DNA of 64,000 nt, from contig CAVQHI010000002.1 in NCBI GenBank assembly GCA_963712305.1, forward strand, positions 1,322,440-1,386,439, written 5' to 3'. Both the position numbers and the translations under genes were made by a program. Shown piece by piece: positions 20,564-30,600 of the stretch (position 1 is the stretch's first letter; every line of letters begins with the position of its first letter). Under the pieces are notes generated by a model. It ran no database searches and was not told the origin of the DNA. It saw nothing but the letters and a program-made list of their open reading frames with translations. Origin of the DNA: an uncultured bacterium (lineage in GTDB: Bacteria > Bacteroidota > Rhodothermia > Balneolales > DATFMH01).

Positions 20564-20607
20564 GTTGCCTCCTCTATGTCGCCCCGATTATCGGGGTAAC
20601 TTGTGAC
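20564..20607. repeat. REP-like element upstream of the RAYT gene
   Basis: gttgcctcctctatgtcgccccgattatcggggtaacttgtgac. Contains the hairpin ccccga-tta-tcgggg. It is an inverted copy of 21363-21407. Confidence 0.85.
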
Positions 20608-20752
20608 CAACTCACCGCTTGCAATCATAATAGCCGATTTATTTGAATCCCAAGCGTTACCTTCAGATAATACAAAGCAACTGATTGATATTTTTATATC
20701 TTAATAGGCACATCAAGGAAGAAAACATTCATCCCACAATTATCTATTCATC

Positions 20753-21301
20753 ATGAGCCGAGCCTATAAATTTTGGGACCAAACCCTGCCGTACTTCGTT
20801 ACATTCGCTACAGCAAAATGGATTGATGTATTTACACGCCGTTGTTATTTCGATTGTATCGTCGATAGCCTCAATCATTGCATAATTCATAAAGGATTGA
20901 TCATAAATGCATGGTGTATCATGACGAATCATGTGCATCTTATTATGGGTACGAATGATAAGCCGATGCAAGATATTCTGAGGGATCTAAAGAAATACAC
21001 ATCAAAAGAATTAATCAGGACTATTCAGTCGAATTCTCAGGAAAGCCGTAAAGAATGGATGTTACCTATGTTCGAGCGAGCAGGATATAAGAATGGTAAC
21101 AACAAATATTATCAGTTCTGGCAGCAACATAACCGGCCGATTGAATTGTACAATGCCGATCTTGCTGAACAGAAACTTCTGTACATACATGATAATCCGG
21201 TGAAAGCCGGTTTTGTTGATCGACCTGAAGATTATCTGTATAGCAGTGCGAAAAGTTATGCAGGGTTGGATGGATTGGTACCGGTAGTTTTGATTAGATA
21301 A
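20753..21301 (+). CDS. REP-associated tyrosine transposase (RAYT; IS200-like Y1 transposase)
   Basis: 182 aa. HUH motif (NHVHLIMG), catalytic Tyr region (LKKYTSKEL) and the C-terminal YIHDNPVKAGFV...YSSAKSY tail typical of RAYT/Y1_Tnp proteins. Confidence 0.85.
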   Translation: MSRAYKFWDQTLPYFVTFATAKWIDVFTRRCYFDCIVDSLNHCIIHKGLIINAWCIMTNHVHLIMGTNDKPMQDILRDLKKYTSKELIRTIQSNSQESRKEWMLPMFERAGYKNGNNKYYQFWQQHNRPIELYNADLAEQKLLYIHDNPVKAGFVDRPEDYLYSSAKSYAGLDGLVPVVLIR

Positions 21302-21362
21302 ATGAAATATCGTGCATGAGTCAATAATAATTCGATGATTGCCAGCGAAAAGGTTTGGTTGT

Positions 21363-21407
21363 GTCACAAGTCACCCCGATAATCGGGGCGACACAATGTG
21401 AGGCAAC
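21363..21407. repeat. REP-like element downstream of the RAYT gene (inverted orientation)
   Basis: gtcacaagtcaccccgataatcggggcgacacaatgtgaggcaac. Its reverse complement matches 20564-20607 except in a 6-7-nt central patch. Confidence 0.85.
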
Positions 21408-21611
21408 AACAATCCGATACGTGATTGGTTATGCGTTCGGATGGGTCACAAGTCACAGACTTGCGACATAATGTGAATAGTTTGTAAAAACGCTAATCCA
21501 AGGCTGTCATTCTGAATTTTTCTACTTCAGTAGAAAAAGTAGAATCCCGTTAGTTATTGGAAACGATCATCAGTCCAAGTCTGTGCCCATTCATTGCCAA
21601 TGTTACCCCAA

Positions 21612-21631
21612 AGTGATACTTTAGTGATACT
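21612..21631 (+). promoter_or_regulatory. Direct repeat agtgatact x2 abutting the phd/yefM start (candidate antitoxin operator)
   Basis: agtgatact at 21612-21620 and 21623-21631, an 11-bp period, immediately 5' of the ATG at 21632. Confidence 0.35.
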
Positions 21632-21889
21632 ATGAAAACAGAACTCGTTACCACGCTTAAACGACACGCTACTAAACTCCTGGAAGAACTACACCGGGAG
21701 AAGGAACCGGTCTTGATAACCGAACATGGCAAGCCATCGGCCTATCTCATTGATGTTGAGCACTTTGAACAGATTGAGAGAAAGCTCAAACTCCTTGAAG
21801 GTCTGGCAAGAGGAGAAAGAGCCATTCTCGAAAACCGGGTTGTTTCCCACGAGGAGGCCAAGAAACGCATGGCTCGATGGCTCGAATAA
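21632..21889 (+). CDS. Type II antitoxin, Phd/YefM family
   Basis: 85 aa. Phd/YefM-like N-terminus (LKRHATKLLEELHREKEPVLITEHGKPSAYLIDVEHFE). Overlaps the toxin gene by 13 nt. Confidence 0.85.
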   Translation: MKTELVTTLKRHATKLLEELHREKEPVLITEHGKPSAYLIDVEHFEQIERKLKLLEGLARGERAILENRVVSHEEAKKRMARWLE

Positions 21890-22179
21890 TTTGGACTGAG
21901 CCTGCCATACAGGATTTGGATCAGATTGCCGATTACATTTCACTGGATAACCCTGAGGCTGCCAGGAGGCTGGTTAAAAAGACATTCGAACAAGTAGAAC
22001 TCTTACAGCAACATCCCGCCCTTGGAAAATCCGTTGAGGAAATTGAGGATTCCATTTATCGGGAAATCCTGGTTTCTCCCTGTCGTATTTTCTACCGTAA
22101 AGAGGATGAGTTTGTTTACATCGTCCATATCATGAGAGTGGAACAATTACTCCGTATCGATATCCTTACATCCAGATAG
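21877..22179 (+). CDS. Type II toxin, ParE/RelE family
   Basis: 100 aa. ParE-like (IWTEPAIQDLDQIADYISLDNPEAARRLV...YREILVSPCRIFYRKEDEFVYIVHIMR). Confidence 0.85.
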   Translation: MARIIWTEPAIQDLDQIADYISLDNPEAARRLVKKTFEQVELLQQHPALGKSVEEIEDSIYREILVSPCRIFYRKEDEFVYIVHIMRVEQLLRIDILTSR

Positions 22180-22534
22180 ATTTTTGATATAATAGCTTCG
22201 GTATCAGAGATGAAAAGGCTGTCATTCTGAATTTTTCTGCTTCAAAGAAAAAGTAGAATCCCGTTAGTCGAGGGAAATGATCGTTGCCGCGAACCTCCTC
22301 TTGGTCTCCTCCTCATTCAAGGAGGAGAAACGCATGATATGAACGTCAACCCTACATGTCTTTGCGAGGAGCCTCTTTAGAGTGACGTGGCAATCCCGTT
22401 AGTCAATGGAAACGTTCGTTGCCGGGTTTCTTACCCCTAAATCCCCTAAAGGGGACTTTTGAGAGTATTTTTTATGCAAACCGGGTTTGATATAATCGTA
22501 CCATATTTTGAGTGCAAACATTAAATATAGGGAC

Positions 22535-22633
22535 TGTCATTCTCCGAAGGCATCTGGTTAACAGCGCGAAACGATCGTTGCATATTGCCACGAGATCCTA
22601 CGCCCCGAAAGATTTCGGGGCATCAGGATGACA
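22535..22633. mobile_element. TIR-bounded repeat element (short variant)
   Basis: tgtcattct...cacgagatcctac-gccccgaaagatttcggggc-atcaggatgaca. Confidence 0.65.
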
Positions 22634-23197
22634 GAGGCCGTATTTCAGGCTCTTATCATTATGCAAGTCGATGCACCCGGACAACCTGCAGCAAACGTTA
22701 TCGGCCCGGTATCGGAATAATTATCAAAATGGGTGTTGGGCGTGTCGGTGGGTTCGTAAAATGGGTTATTCTGTTACTGGAAATTAGAAATTAGTTATTG
22801 GAAATGTTATTGGGTTATTGGGTTATTGGGTTATTGGGTTACTGAGTTATTAATGTTGTCCTTGTGAACATCGTGCATTCATTATGGTCCCTCGCAGGAG
22901 GGGAGTTCCGTTTTTCCCCCTTAATAAAGGGGGCGAAGGGGGGTTGTCACCAGCGTTTCACGATATATAAGCCATTCAAAAAAAGGCGTGAGTAAGTTAT
23001 TAAGCTACTGGGTTATTGAGTTTCTTTTTGTGAGCTCTGTGCATACTCCGTGCTCTCTCTGCGGTTAAAACTCCCATCCGGGGTAGGGTGTTCAGACTCG
23101 GGACATGGGGGCCTCATCGCTGGTGGACCCGCTACATTTCAGTAAACCCAGAGTTACGGTATATTGTGGTTTGAAATCGCAATACATGCCAATAGGG

Positions 23198-24430
23198 ATG
23201 AAAAAAACGACAGTCCTCTTTATAGTTTCGTTATCGATCATCAGCTTTTTTATCAGTTGTTCGCCAACCAGGCAGAATGACCTTGACAGGATCGTCGATC
23301 ATGCGATCAATACGTCACTGGAATGCATGAAGCGATCGACCAAAGAAGTGGGAAGTCCCTCTCTTTATCCAACGTACGGAACGAAAGATCTGAAATGGAA
23401 ACTGGACAGCGCATCGAATTGGGTCAGCGGCTTTTACCCGGGGTGCTTGTGGTATTCCTATGAGCTCAGCAACGATCCCCGGTTCAAGAAATGGGCGGAA
23501 GAATGGACCGCCGGTATTGAATCACAAAAATACAATAATAAAACCCACGACCTCGGGTTTCGCTTCGGCCCCTCGTTTGGCAACGGTTTGCGGCTCGCTC
23601 CCAATGACTCTGCAACAAAAAGGTATAAAGATATCTTATTAACCGCTGCAGCCACATCCGACAGCCGCTTTTTCAAACCGGCCGGAGTGTACCCTTCTGA
23701 TTGGGATGCGCATCCCCTGCCAAATTCGGAGCCCATGGTGATTGATATTATGATGGATCTTCACCTGATGATGTGGGCATCACAGCACGGAGGCGATCCG
23801 GCGATGATGAATCGGTGTCGTTCGCACGCCGAGGCTACTTACCGGGATTTGATCCGGAAAGACGGCGGAAGTTTTCATATTGTCCGCTATGACAAGGATA
23901 CAGGGGCGGTACTAGGCAAGGGGCAATTGCAGGGAGATACGGATTCAAGTACATGGTCGCGCGGACAAGCCTGGATGGTGTACGGCCTTGTCGTGATGTA
24001 CCGGTACACAAAAGATCCGAAGTACCTGCAAGAGGATATGAAAGTGGCCGACTATTTCATTAATCATTTGCCTAAAGACCAGATAGCGAATTGGGATTTT
24101 CAGTCTAAACTGGATCATCGCGACGCATCAGCTTCGGCAGTCGTCGCATCGGCACTTTTTGAGCTGCAGTCTTACCTCAAGGATGCTCAAAAAAAGAAGT
24201 ATTACCTGGATGAGGCTGAAAAAATACTCCGGTCACTCTGCCTTCCGCCTTATTTTTCAAATGGTGAAGGGACGAACTGTTTGCTGCTAAGATCGACACA
24301 GTATTTTCGCCAAACCGATAATACGGATGTCCCAAGCATATTTGCAGATTATTACTTCCTGGAATCTTTGGTGCGATATAAAAGAATCCGTGCGGGGAAA
24401 GCACCCGTCGACGTACAAGCGAACTACTAA
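23198..24430 (+). CDS. Glycoside hydrolase family 88 (unsaturated glucuronyl hydrolase-like) lipoprotein
   Basis: The ORF is open from 23105. The likely start is MKKTTVLFIVSLSIISFFISC at 23198 (or the ATG at 23186). GH88-type motifs SNWVSGFYPGCLWYSYE and WSRGQAWMVYG. Confidence 0.8.
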   Translation: MKKTTVLFIVSLSIISFFISCSPTRQNDLDRIVDHAINTSLECMKRSTKEVGSPSLYPTYGTKDLKWKLDSASNWVSGFYPGCLWYSYELSNDPRFKKWAEEWTAGIESQKYNNKTHDLGFRFGPSFGNGLRLAPNDSATKRYKDILLTAAATSDSRFFKPAGVYPSDWDAHPLPNSEPMVIDIMMDLHLMMWASQHGGDPAMMNRCRSHAEATYRDLIRKDGGSFHIVRYDKDTGAVLGKGQLQGDTDSSTWSRGQAWMVYGLVVMYRYTKDPKYLQEDMKVADYFINHLPKDQIANWDFQSKLDHRDASASAVVASALFELQSYLKDAQKKKYYLDEAEKILRSLCLPPYFSNGEGTNCLLLRSTQYFRQTDNTDVPSIFADYYFLESLVRYKRIRAGKAPVDVQANY

Positions 24431-24837
24431 GTTTCGTATTCAGATACCTGAAAACGTTTACCAAATAATTAAACGAAAGCCATTTTAATCTTCCTCACCT
24501 TCTGAGCCTGTTCGAAAAGTCATTGTACCTATTGAGCTTCCTAAAAAATTAGGATCCCCAACCTTCATTACGGAACAAGACGTTCTTTCCCCCTTAGAAA
24601 ATAGCTTGTCCCGAATGCTTTCGGGAGGGTGAAGGGGGTTGTCTTCCAGCGTGATATATTAGAATCCCTAATTAAATTAGGCTTCAGCTTTATCATTTAT
24701 GCTTCTGGGACAGCCTCACATCCTAATGTCAGTAACCCTACATGTCGCAAGTCTGTGACTTGTGACGCAGTCTCACGTCAACAACCATCTGCAAGAACCT
24801 ATACCGCCCCGAAACGTGACCAATCCCCATGAAAAGG

Positions 24838-24911
24838 CTCCCGTCAGACGGCTGATAGCACTCATCCCCAAAATCATCCCGATATCCCAAAGCCGTCAGA
24901 CGGGTATTGCA
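24838..24911. repeat. 74-bp direct repeat, copy 1
   Basis: ctcccgtcagacggctgatagcactcatccccaaaatcatcccgatatcccaaagccgtcagacgggtattgca. Identical to 26484-26557. Confidence 0.95.
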
Positions 24912-24949
24912 AAGGCGTTCCCCAATCAATTACCTTATTCCAAAACTAA

Positions 24950-25675
24950 TGCGGGATGGAGAAATCACCTGCTTTTGTTTAATTTCATTAAGTTTAAGAA
25001 GCACTGAGCATCCATAAGCTGGATGAGCGTATTTTTGATCTGATCAACCAGCAGTTGGAAGCCAAAGGGCTAATGGTCAAAAAAGGCACCATCGTGGATG
25101 CTACGATTCTTCCCTCGGCGAATCGTCCCCTCTCGGATGAGAAGCGCCAGGAGCTAACCCGCAGGCCTTCCCCCCAGATCGATACCGATGCCAACTCTAC
25201 GAAAAAAGGCGGGGTCTACTACTTTGGCTATAAAGGTCATATTGGGGTGGACATCGAGTCCAAACTGATTCGTAAGGCCATCTTTACCCCCGCCAGTTAC
25301 CACGACAGCACCCAGACCGAACAGCTGGTCAGCTATGATGAGAAGGCCCTGTTCGGTGATAAGGCCTACTTCAATGGGGATCACAAGTTTTCGGCCCGGC
25401 ACTTCGGCTGGTACTACGGAGTGCTGGACAAAGCCACCAAAAGCCAGCCCTTGTCGGGTTCTCAAAAAAAGCGAAACCGCAAACACAGTCGCGTACGGGC
25501 CGCAGTGGAGCACCCGTTTGCCTGGATGAAGACCAAGGCCCGGATGGAGCTCATGAGGGCTAAAAATCAGGCTCGTAACCGGCTTCGATTCCTGTTTACC
25601 TGTATGGGATGGAACCTGTCGAGAGCAGGATTTTTGCTTGAAACATCAAGATCCATGGGATCGGTAGCTCTATGA
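24950..25675 (+). pseudogene. IS5-family DDE transposase, 5'-truncated and frameshifted remnant
   Basis: C-terminal DDE region (GTIVDATILPS...YFGYKGHIGVD...FGDKAYF...RVRAAVEHPFAWMK). Upstream fragment ...LLLFNFIKFKKH* lies in another frame (24950-25007). The N-terminal roughly 80-100 aa are missing. Confidence 0.75.
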
Positions 25676-25862
25676 ACCCAAAAGGGCACATACAACCGGC
25701 TTCTTACAGCCTTTTGAAGGCTGCCAGGGAGTCATTTCGAACAAGGATTGGTGGAAAACACAAGCAATCCAGCAGAAATATCTCCACATTCAGCCACGAA
25801 AAATAAATCAAAGAACAACAAAGGGTTTTTCAAAGCCTTCTTTAGATTAAATACATAGCCAA

Positions 25863-26165
25863 ATGAATATATCAGATCTGAAAAACGAAGAACTCGAACA
25901 GGCCTGCAAGGATTATCAGGTCAGGGAGCTTTATGTTTTCGGGTCTGCCGCATCAGGAACTCTTACGGGAAGCAGTGATCTTGATTTTTTGGTAGAGTTC
26001 AACAGAACCGGATATGAAGGGGCATTTGATCAATATATGGGCTTCAAAGAGAGACTCGAGGAAATTTACGGACGACCTGTAGATCTGCTGCAATCCGGAA
26101 CATTTAGAAATCCCTTATTTCAAGAGGAAATCGAAAAGTCGAAAACAATCCTCTATGCCGCATAG
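25863..26165 (+). CDS. Nucleotidyltransferase-domain antitoxin (MNT type)
   Basis: 100 aa. GSAASGTLTGSSDLDFLVEF minimal NTase motif. 11-nt overlap with the HEPN ORF. Confidence 0.8.
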   Translation: MNISDLKNEELEQACKDYQVRELYVFGSAASGTLTGSSDLDFLVEFNRTGYEGAFDQYMGFKERLEEIYGRPVDLLQSGTFRNPLFQEEIEKSKTILYAA

Positions 26166-26358
26166 CGCCAGAAAACTGCTGCTTGACATTAGTCTTTCCT
26201 GCCAGGAGATAATGAAATTTACCGAAGGCAAAGACTATGAAGATTTTCGGGAAGATCGTATGATGCAACTGGCTATTGAAAGGGGATTTGAAATTATTGG
26301 AGAAGCCTTATACCGGCTTGAAAAGATCGAAAAAGAAAAGCTGAGACTAAGTTATTAA
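26155..26358 (+). pseudogene. HepT/DUF86 (HEPN) toxin, 3'-truncated
   Basis: Only 67 aa. The DUF86-like N-terminal half is present (LLDISLSCQEIMKFTEG...ERGFEIIGEA). The ORF stops before the R-x4-6-H catalytic motif, and the sequence runs straight into a repeat module starting near 26350. Confidence 0.65.
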
Positions 26359-26483
26359 GTTGCTATGCTATTGATTTATTAAGGATTTGTCACTGTGAAC
26401 GCTGTGCATTCACCGTGTCTTCTGTGGTTAAAGAAAAACTTCCCTTCCGGGAGGACCAGGTGGGTACATGATGCAATCCTATT

Positions 26484-26557
26484 CTCCCGTCAGACGGCTG
26501 ATAGCACTCATCCCCAAAATCATCCCGATATCCCAAAGCCGTCAGACGGGTATTGCA
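26484..26557. repeat. 74-bp direct repeat, copy 2
   Basis: Identical to 24838-24911. Ends 82 bp before the HNH gene start. Confidence 0.95.
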
Positions 26558-26639
26558 TAAAAAAGCCGGGTAGTACTTTGTGCTTTATCCTTTGTACTTT
26601 AAACTTGTTTTTTGGTGTGATTGACAGAAGAGAAGACAG

Positions 26640-27614
26640 ATGCCCCTGCCATTTGCAAAAGAGCTGAGCAACCTCCATTCCGACACATCCCATAGATGGG
26701 ATCACCGGACCAAAGGTCGTGCACCGCATAAGCCGTTTTTGCTCCTCAGTATTCTTGACGGAATTGAGGCAGGATGGATAACGAGTTCGCATATCGAATT
26801 GAGCCGGGATCTGGTTGATACCTTTTTCACATATTGGAATGCCGTCATGGGGGAAGCCAAAATTACGACCATAGCTCTCCCTTATTTCCACATGCAAAGC
26901 GAGCCGTTCTGGAAATTGGTTTATAAACCGGGTAAAGAGATTTTCAATTATTCACCATCCAAGGGATCCCTGCATAACAGGGTGAGTTTTGCTGAACTGG
27001 ACCGGAACTTATACAATCAACTTTCGAAGCCGGGACAAACAGACAAATACAGGCACCTCATCCTATCGACCTATTTTAATAACGAAACAGCCGTTAAGAT
27101 CCGCGGGCTGGTAACACTGAACCGTTCGGTTTATGATTACAGTGAAACGCTTATTAAACAGGTGGCCGAACCGTTTGTAAAGTATTCAACCACCGATGAG
27201 AAACAGTATAAGGAAGGCCGGATTCAGTACAGGGACAGAGGCTTCCGGCGTGCAATCCGGAAAATCTATCAGGATACGTGTGCTTTATGTCGTTCCCGGG
27301 TCGTCACGCAAAATGATGAGTCTCTGATCGAAGGTGCTCACATCATTCCCTGGAAGGATAACGGTGGAGATGATCCCCGAAACGGACTGGCGCTATGTAG
27401 GACCCATCACTGGCTGTTCGATAGATATATGTTCACCATCGATGACAACTACAGGATTAAGCTTTCCAGCTGGCTGAAGCGGGAGGGAAATGAAATTGTT
27501 GAAATGCTGAATAGGGGAGGTAAAGAGATATTATTGCCTGGTGATGAGCAGTGTTATCCGGCATTAGAGGCTTTGTATGAGCACCGAAGGAAGTTTAGGG
27601 AAGTGAATGGATGA
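26640..27614 (+). CDS. HNH endonuclease (HNH_2 type) with an N-terminal HKP-motif putative DNA/modification-sensing domain
   Basis: 324 aa. C-terminal CALCRSRV...EGAHIIPW...DPRNGLALCRTHHWLFDRYMF HNH core. N-terminal GRAPHKPFLLLSILDGIEAGWI...PYFHMQSEPFWKL, a domain commonly fused to type IV-like HNH nucleases. Confidence 0.75.
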   Translation: MPLPFAKELSNLHSDTSHRWDHRTKGRAPHKPFLLLSILDGIEAGWITSSHIELSRDLVDTFFTYWNAVMGEAKITTIALPYFHMQSEPFWKLVYKPGKEIFNYSPSKGSLHNRVSFAELDRNLYNQLSKPGQTDKYRHLILSTYFNNETAVKIRGLVTLNRSVYDYSETLIKQVAEPFVKYSTTDEKQYKEGRIQYRDRGFRRAIRKIYQDTCALCRSRVVTQNDESLIEGAHIIPWKDNGGDDPRNGLALCRTHHWLFDRYMFTIDDNYRIKLSSWLKREGNEIVEMLNRGGKEILLPGDEQCYPALEALYEHRRKFREVNG

Positions 27615-27689
27615 TGATGTTGTTAAATACATTTTATCGATCTAAATAAGATGGCATATTCCTTATTAAAAATTTAAAAGTGATATCTG

Positions 27690-30600
27690 ATGAATGACAA
27701 ATTGATTGAAGGGTTGTACGACGAACTACTTTCAAAGAGAAAAAAAGAAGCTATTCAAAAATATGATCTAAAGACTTCTACAAAAAAGGTCGATCCCGCT
27801 GAGTTTTCATCATATGCAGCATTCTATGTAAAAACCCTGTTAAAGACAGCCATTGATAGCATAAATGATGACGAAAGAATCACCAAAGGCCTAGAAATCT
27901 GTAACTCTCTGATTAAGAATATTTCTGAGCTTTCGGAATTATTTGACCTAAACGATCCTGCATCTAATAAGATACTCCGTTCGGTTTTGCATGAAGCTAA
28001 ACGTAACGAAGATAGCAGCGATCTTCATCCAGGAATACCTCTTGCACAATCGGCACTTTTAGTAAATGCACGGGACGAATACAGAATTGGAACTGAATTA
28101 AGACAAGAAATCAAAAGTGCTGATCGAATTGATTTCATCTGTTCCTTTATCAAATGGTCGGGTTTACGACTTATCAAGGACGAATTAAAGAAAAAGTTAG
28201 ATGAACGTGTTGAAGTTCGGGTGATCACAACCGTCTATATGGGAGCAAGTGAAAAGAGAGCCATAGATGAGTTAATTGACATGGGGGCTAAAGTAAAAAT
28301 CTCTTATGATACACGGCGTACGAGATTACATGCTAAGGCATGGTTTTTTCTAAGGAAGAGTGGTTACAGCACAGCTTATATAGGTTCATCAAATTTATCA
28401 TCGAGTGCCCAGACTGAGGGATTAGAATGGAATGTTAGGCTGTCTCAGAAGGAAAACCAGCATTTAATAGAAAAATTTGATGCAACATTTGAAAGTTACT
28501 GGAATAACGAGGAATTCAGATCATATAGTCGAAATGAGGAGGAAGAGAAGAGACTTGTCAAAGCTCTCAAAAAGGAGACAAATAATGGGTTTGACATTAC
28601 TTTTTTTGATATAAAACCGTATCCCTTTCAGGAAGAAATTTTAGAAAAACTTACTCTTGAGAGAGAGGTAAAAGGAAGAAATCGAAATTTAGTTGTTGCA
28701 GCAACAGGTACAGGTAAAACAGTTATATCAGCATTTGATTATAAAAATTATTCAAAAGGAAAGGATCGAGCTCCCTCGCTATTATTTGTAGCACACAGAA
28801 AAGAGATACTGCAGCAAAGCCTTCAAACATTTAGACAAATATTGACTGAAGCTAATTTTGGGGAACTATTAGTTGATCAACAAAGACCTGTTGAGTGGAA
28901 ACATGTATTTGCTTCAATCCAATCGCTACATAGCAGAAATTTTGATTTCAGTCCAGATCATTTTGACGTGGTTATCATAGATGAGTTTCATCATGCTGAG
29001 GCTTACACTTATAAAAAATTGTTACATCATGTTCGACCTAATTATTTATTAGGTCTCACTGCCACGCCAGAAAGAACCGATGGTATTAACATAAAACAGT
29101 GGTTTGATGATAAGGCAGCTACAGAATTAAGAATCTGGGATGCTATCGAAAAAGGCCTTTTAGCTCCATTCCAATATTTCGGAGTCCACGATAATACAGA
29201 TTTGTCTGATTTAGAATGGGTTAGGGGACATTATAGCGTGAATGAACTCGATGAAAAGTATACCTCGAATGACGATAGGTTATCCCATATTCTTAAGGAG
29301 CTTCAAGACAAGGTTAGTGATCCACTGAAAATGAAAGCCTTAGGATTTTGTGTGAGCATCCAGCACGCAGAATATATGGCTGCTAAATTCAATGAAATTG
29401 GTATAAATAGTTTTGCTCTTTCTGGGAATACAGATAGTGGACAACGTTCCAAATCAATAAATGATCTTAGAAAGGGCATTATTAATGTGATTTTTACTGT
29501 CGATCTTTTCAACGAAGGAATTGATATCCCAGAAGTAGATACGATATTATTTTTAAGGCCAACAGAAAGTGCAACGCTATTTATTCAACAGCTTGGACGT
29601 GGCCTAAGATTATCAGATGCTAAAGAGTGCTTAACCGTCTTAGATTTTATTGGCTACCAGAATAAAAATTTCAGTTTTGGGAATAAATTCCAGGCACTCT
29701 CGAATCTTTATGGAAGAAAATTACTTCGTCATATTAAAAATCAATTTCCTGTACTACCGCCGGGTTGTGTGATTGATTTAGACAGAATCAGCCAGAAAAT
29801 TGTATTTGACAACATTAAAAAAGCACTTTCGAATAGCGACAAGAGAAGCTTAATAACGCATTTTAACAATGTCTCAAAACCAAAATCTTTAAAAACCTTT
29901 CTTGAAAAGACTGAATTAAGGTTAGAGGATCTATATAGCAATAATTATTATTTCACGCAGTTGAAACGTGACGCAGGTTTAATATCAGGATCACAGTCAG
30001 AAGAGGAGAGATTATTTGGAAAGTCGATCATGAGGAGTATACATATTGATAGCATTGAAAGACTAAACTGGTTATATAAATTCTTTTCCAGCGAGTCATT
30101 CCCAAACCTTAAAGATCTAGACAAAAATGACTTTAAATATTTACAAATGTGGGCGGCCGTTTTTGGAGATTCAGAAGATGTTAGCAATCCTATGAATCTT
30201 CTTAGATCATTCTGGAAATATGAGGATGTTAAAAAAGAATATTGTGAACTGATTTCGATACTAATCGATAAAGTTTCTCACAAGACCTATTCGTGGGAAA
30301 ATAGGTATTCAATCCCACTTGAAATTCATAGTAGATACAGCCGTGATGAAATTTTAGGTGCAATCGGCGACATTCGTAATGGTAAATTGTTCAAACCCAG
30401 AGAGGGAGTTTATTTTAATTCACAAATAAGTTGCAACTTCTTATTTGTGACTTTGAATAAAAGCGAGAAAGATTATTCGCCAACAACTATGTATAAAGAT
30501 TATGCCATTTCAGAAACTCTATTTCATTGGCAATCACAGAGCAACACAACACAGAATGGCATAAAAGGGATTAGACATATATCTCACAGAGAAAAAGGGA

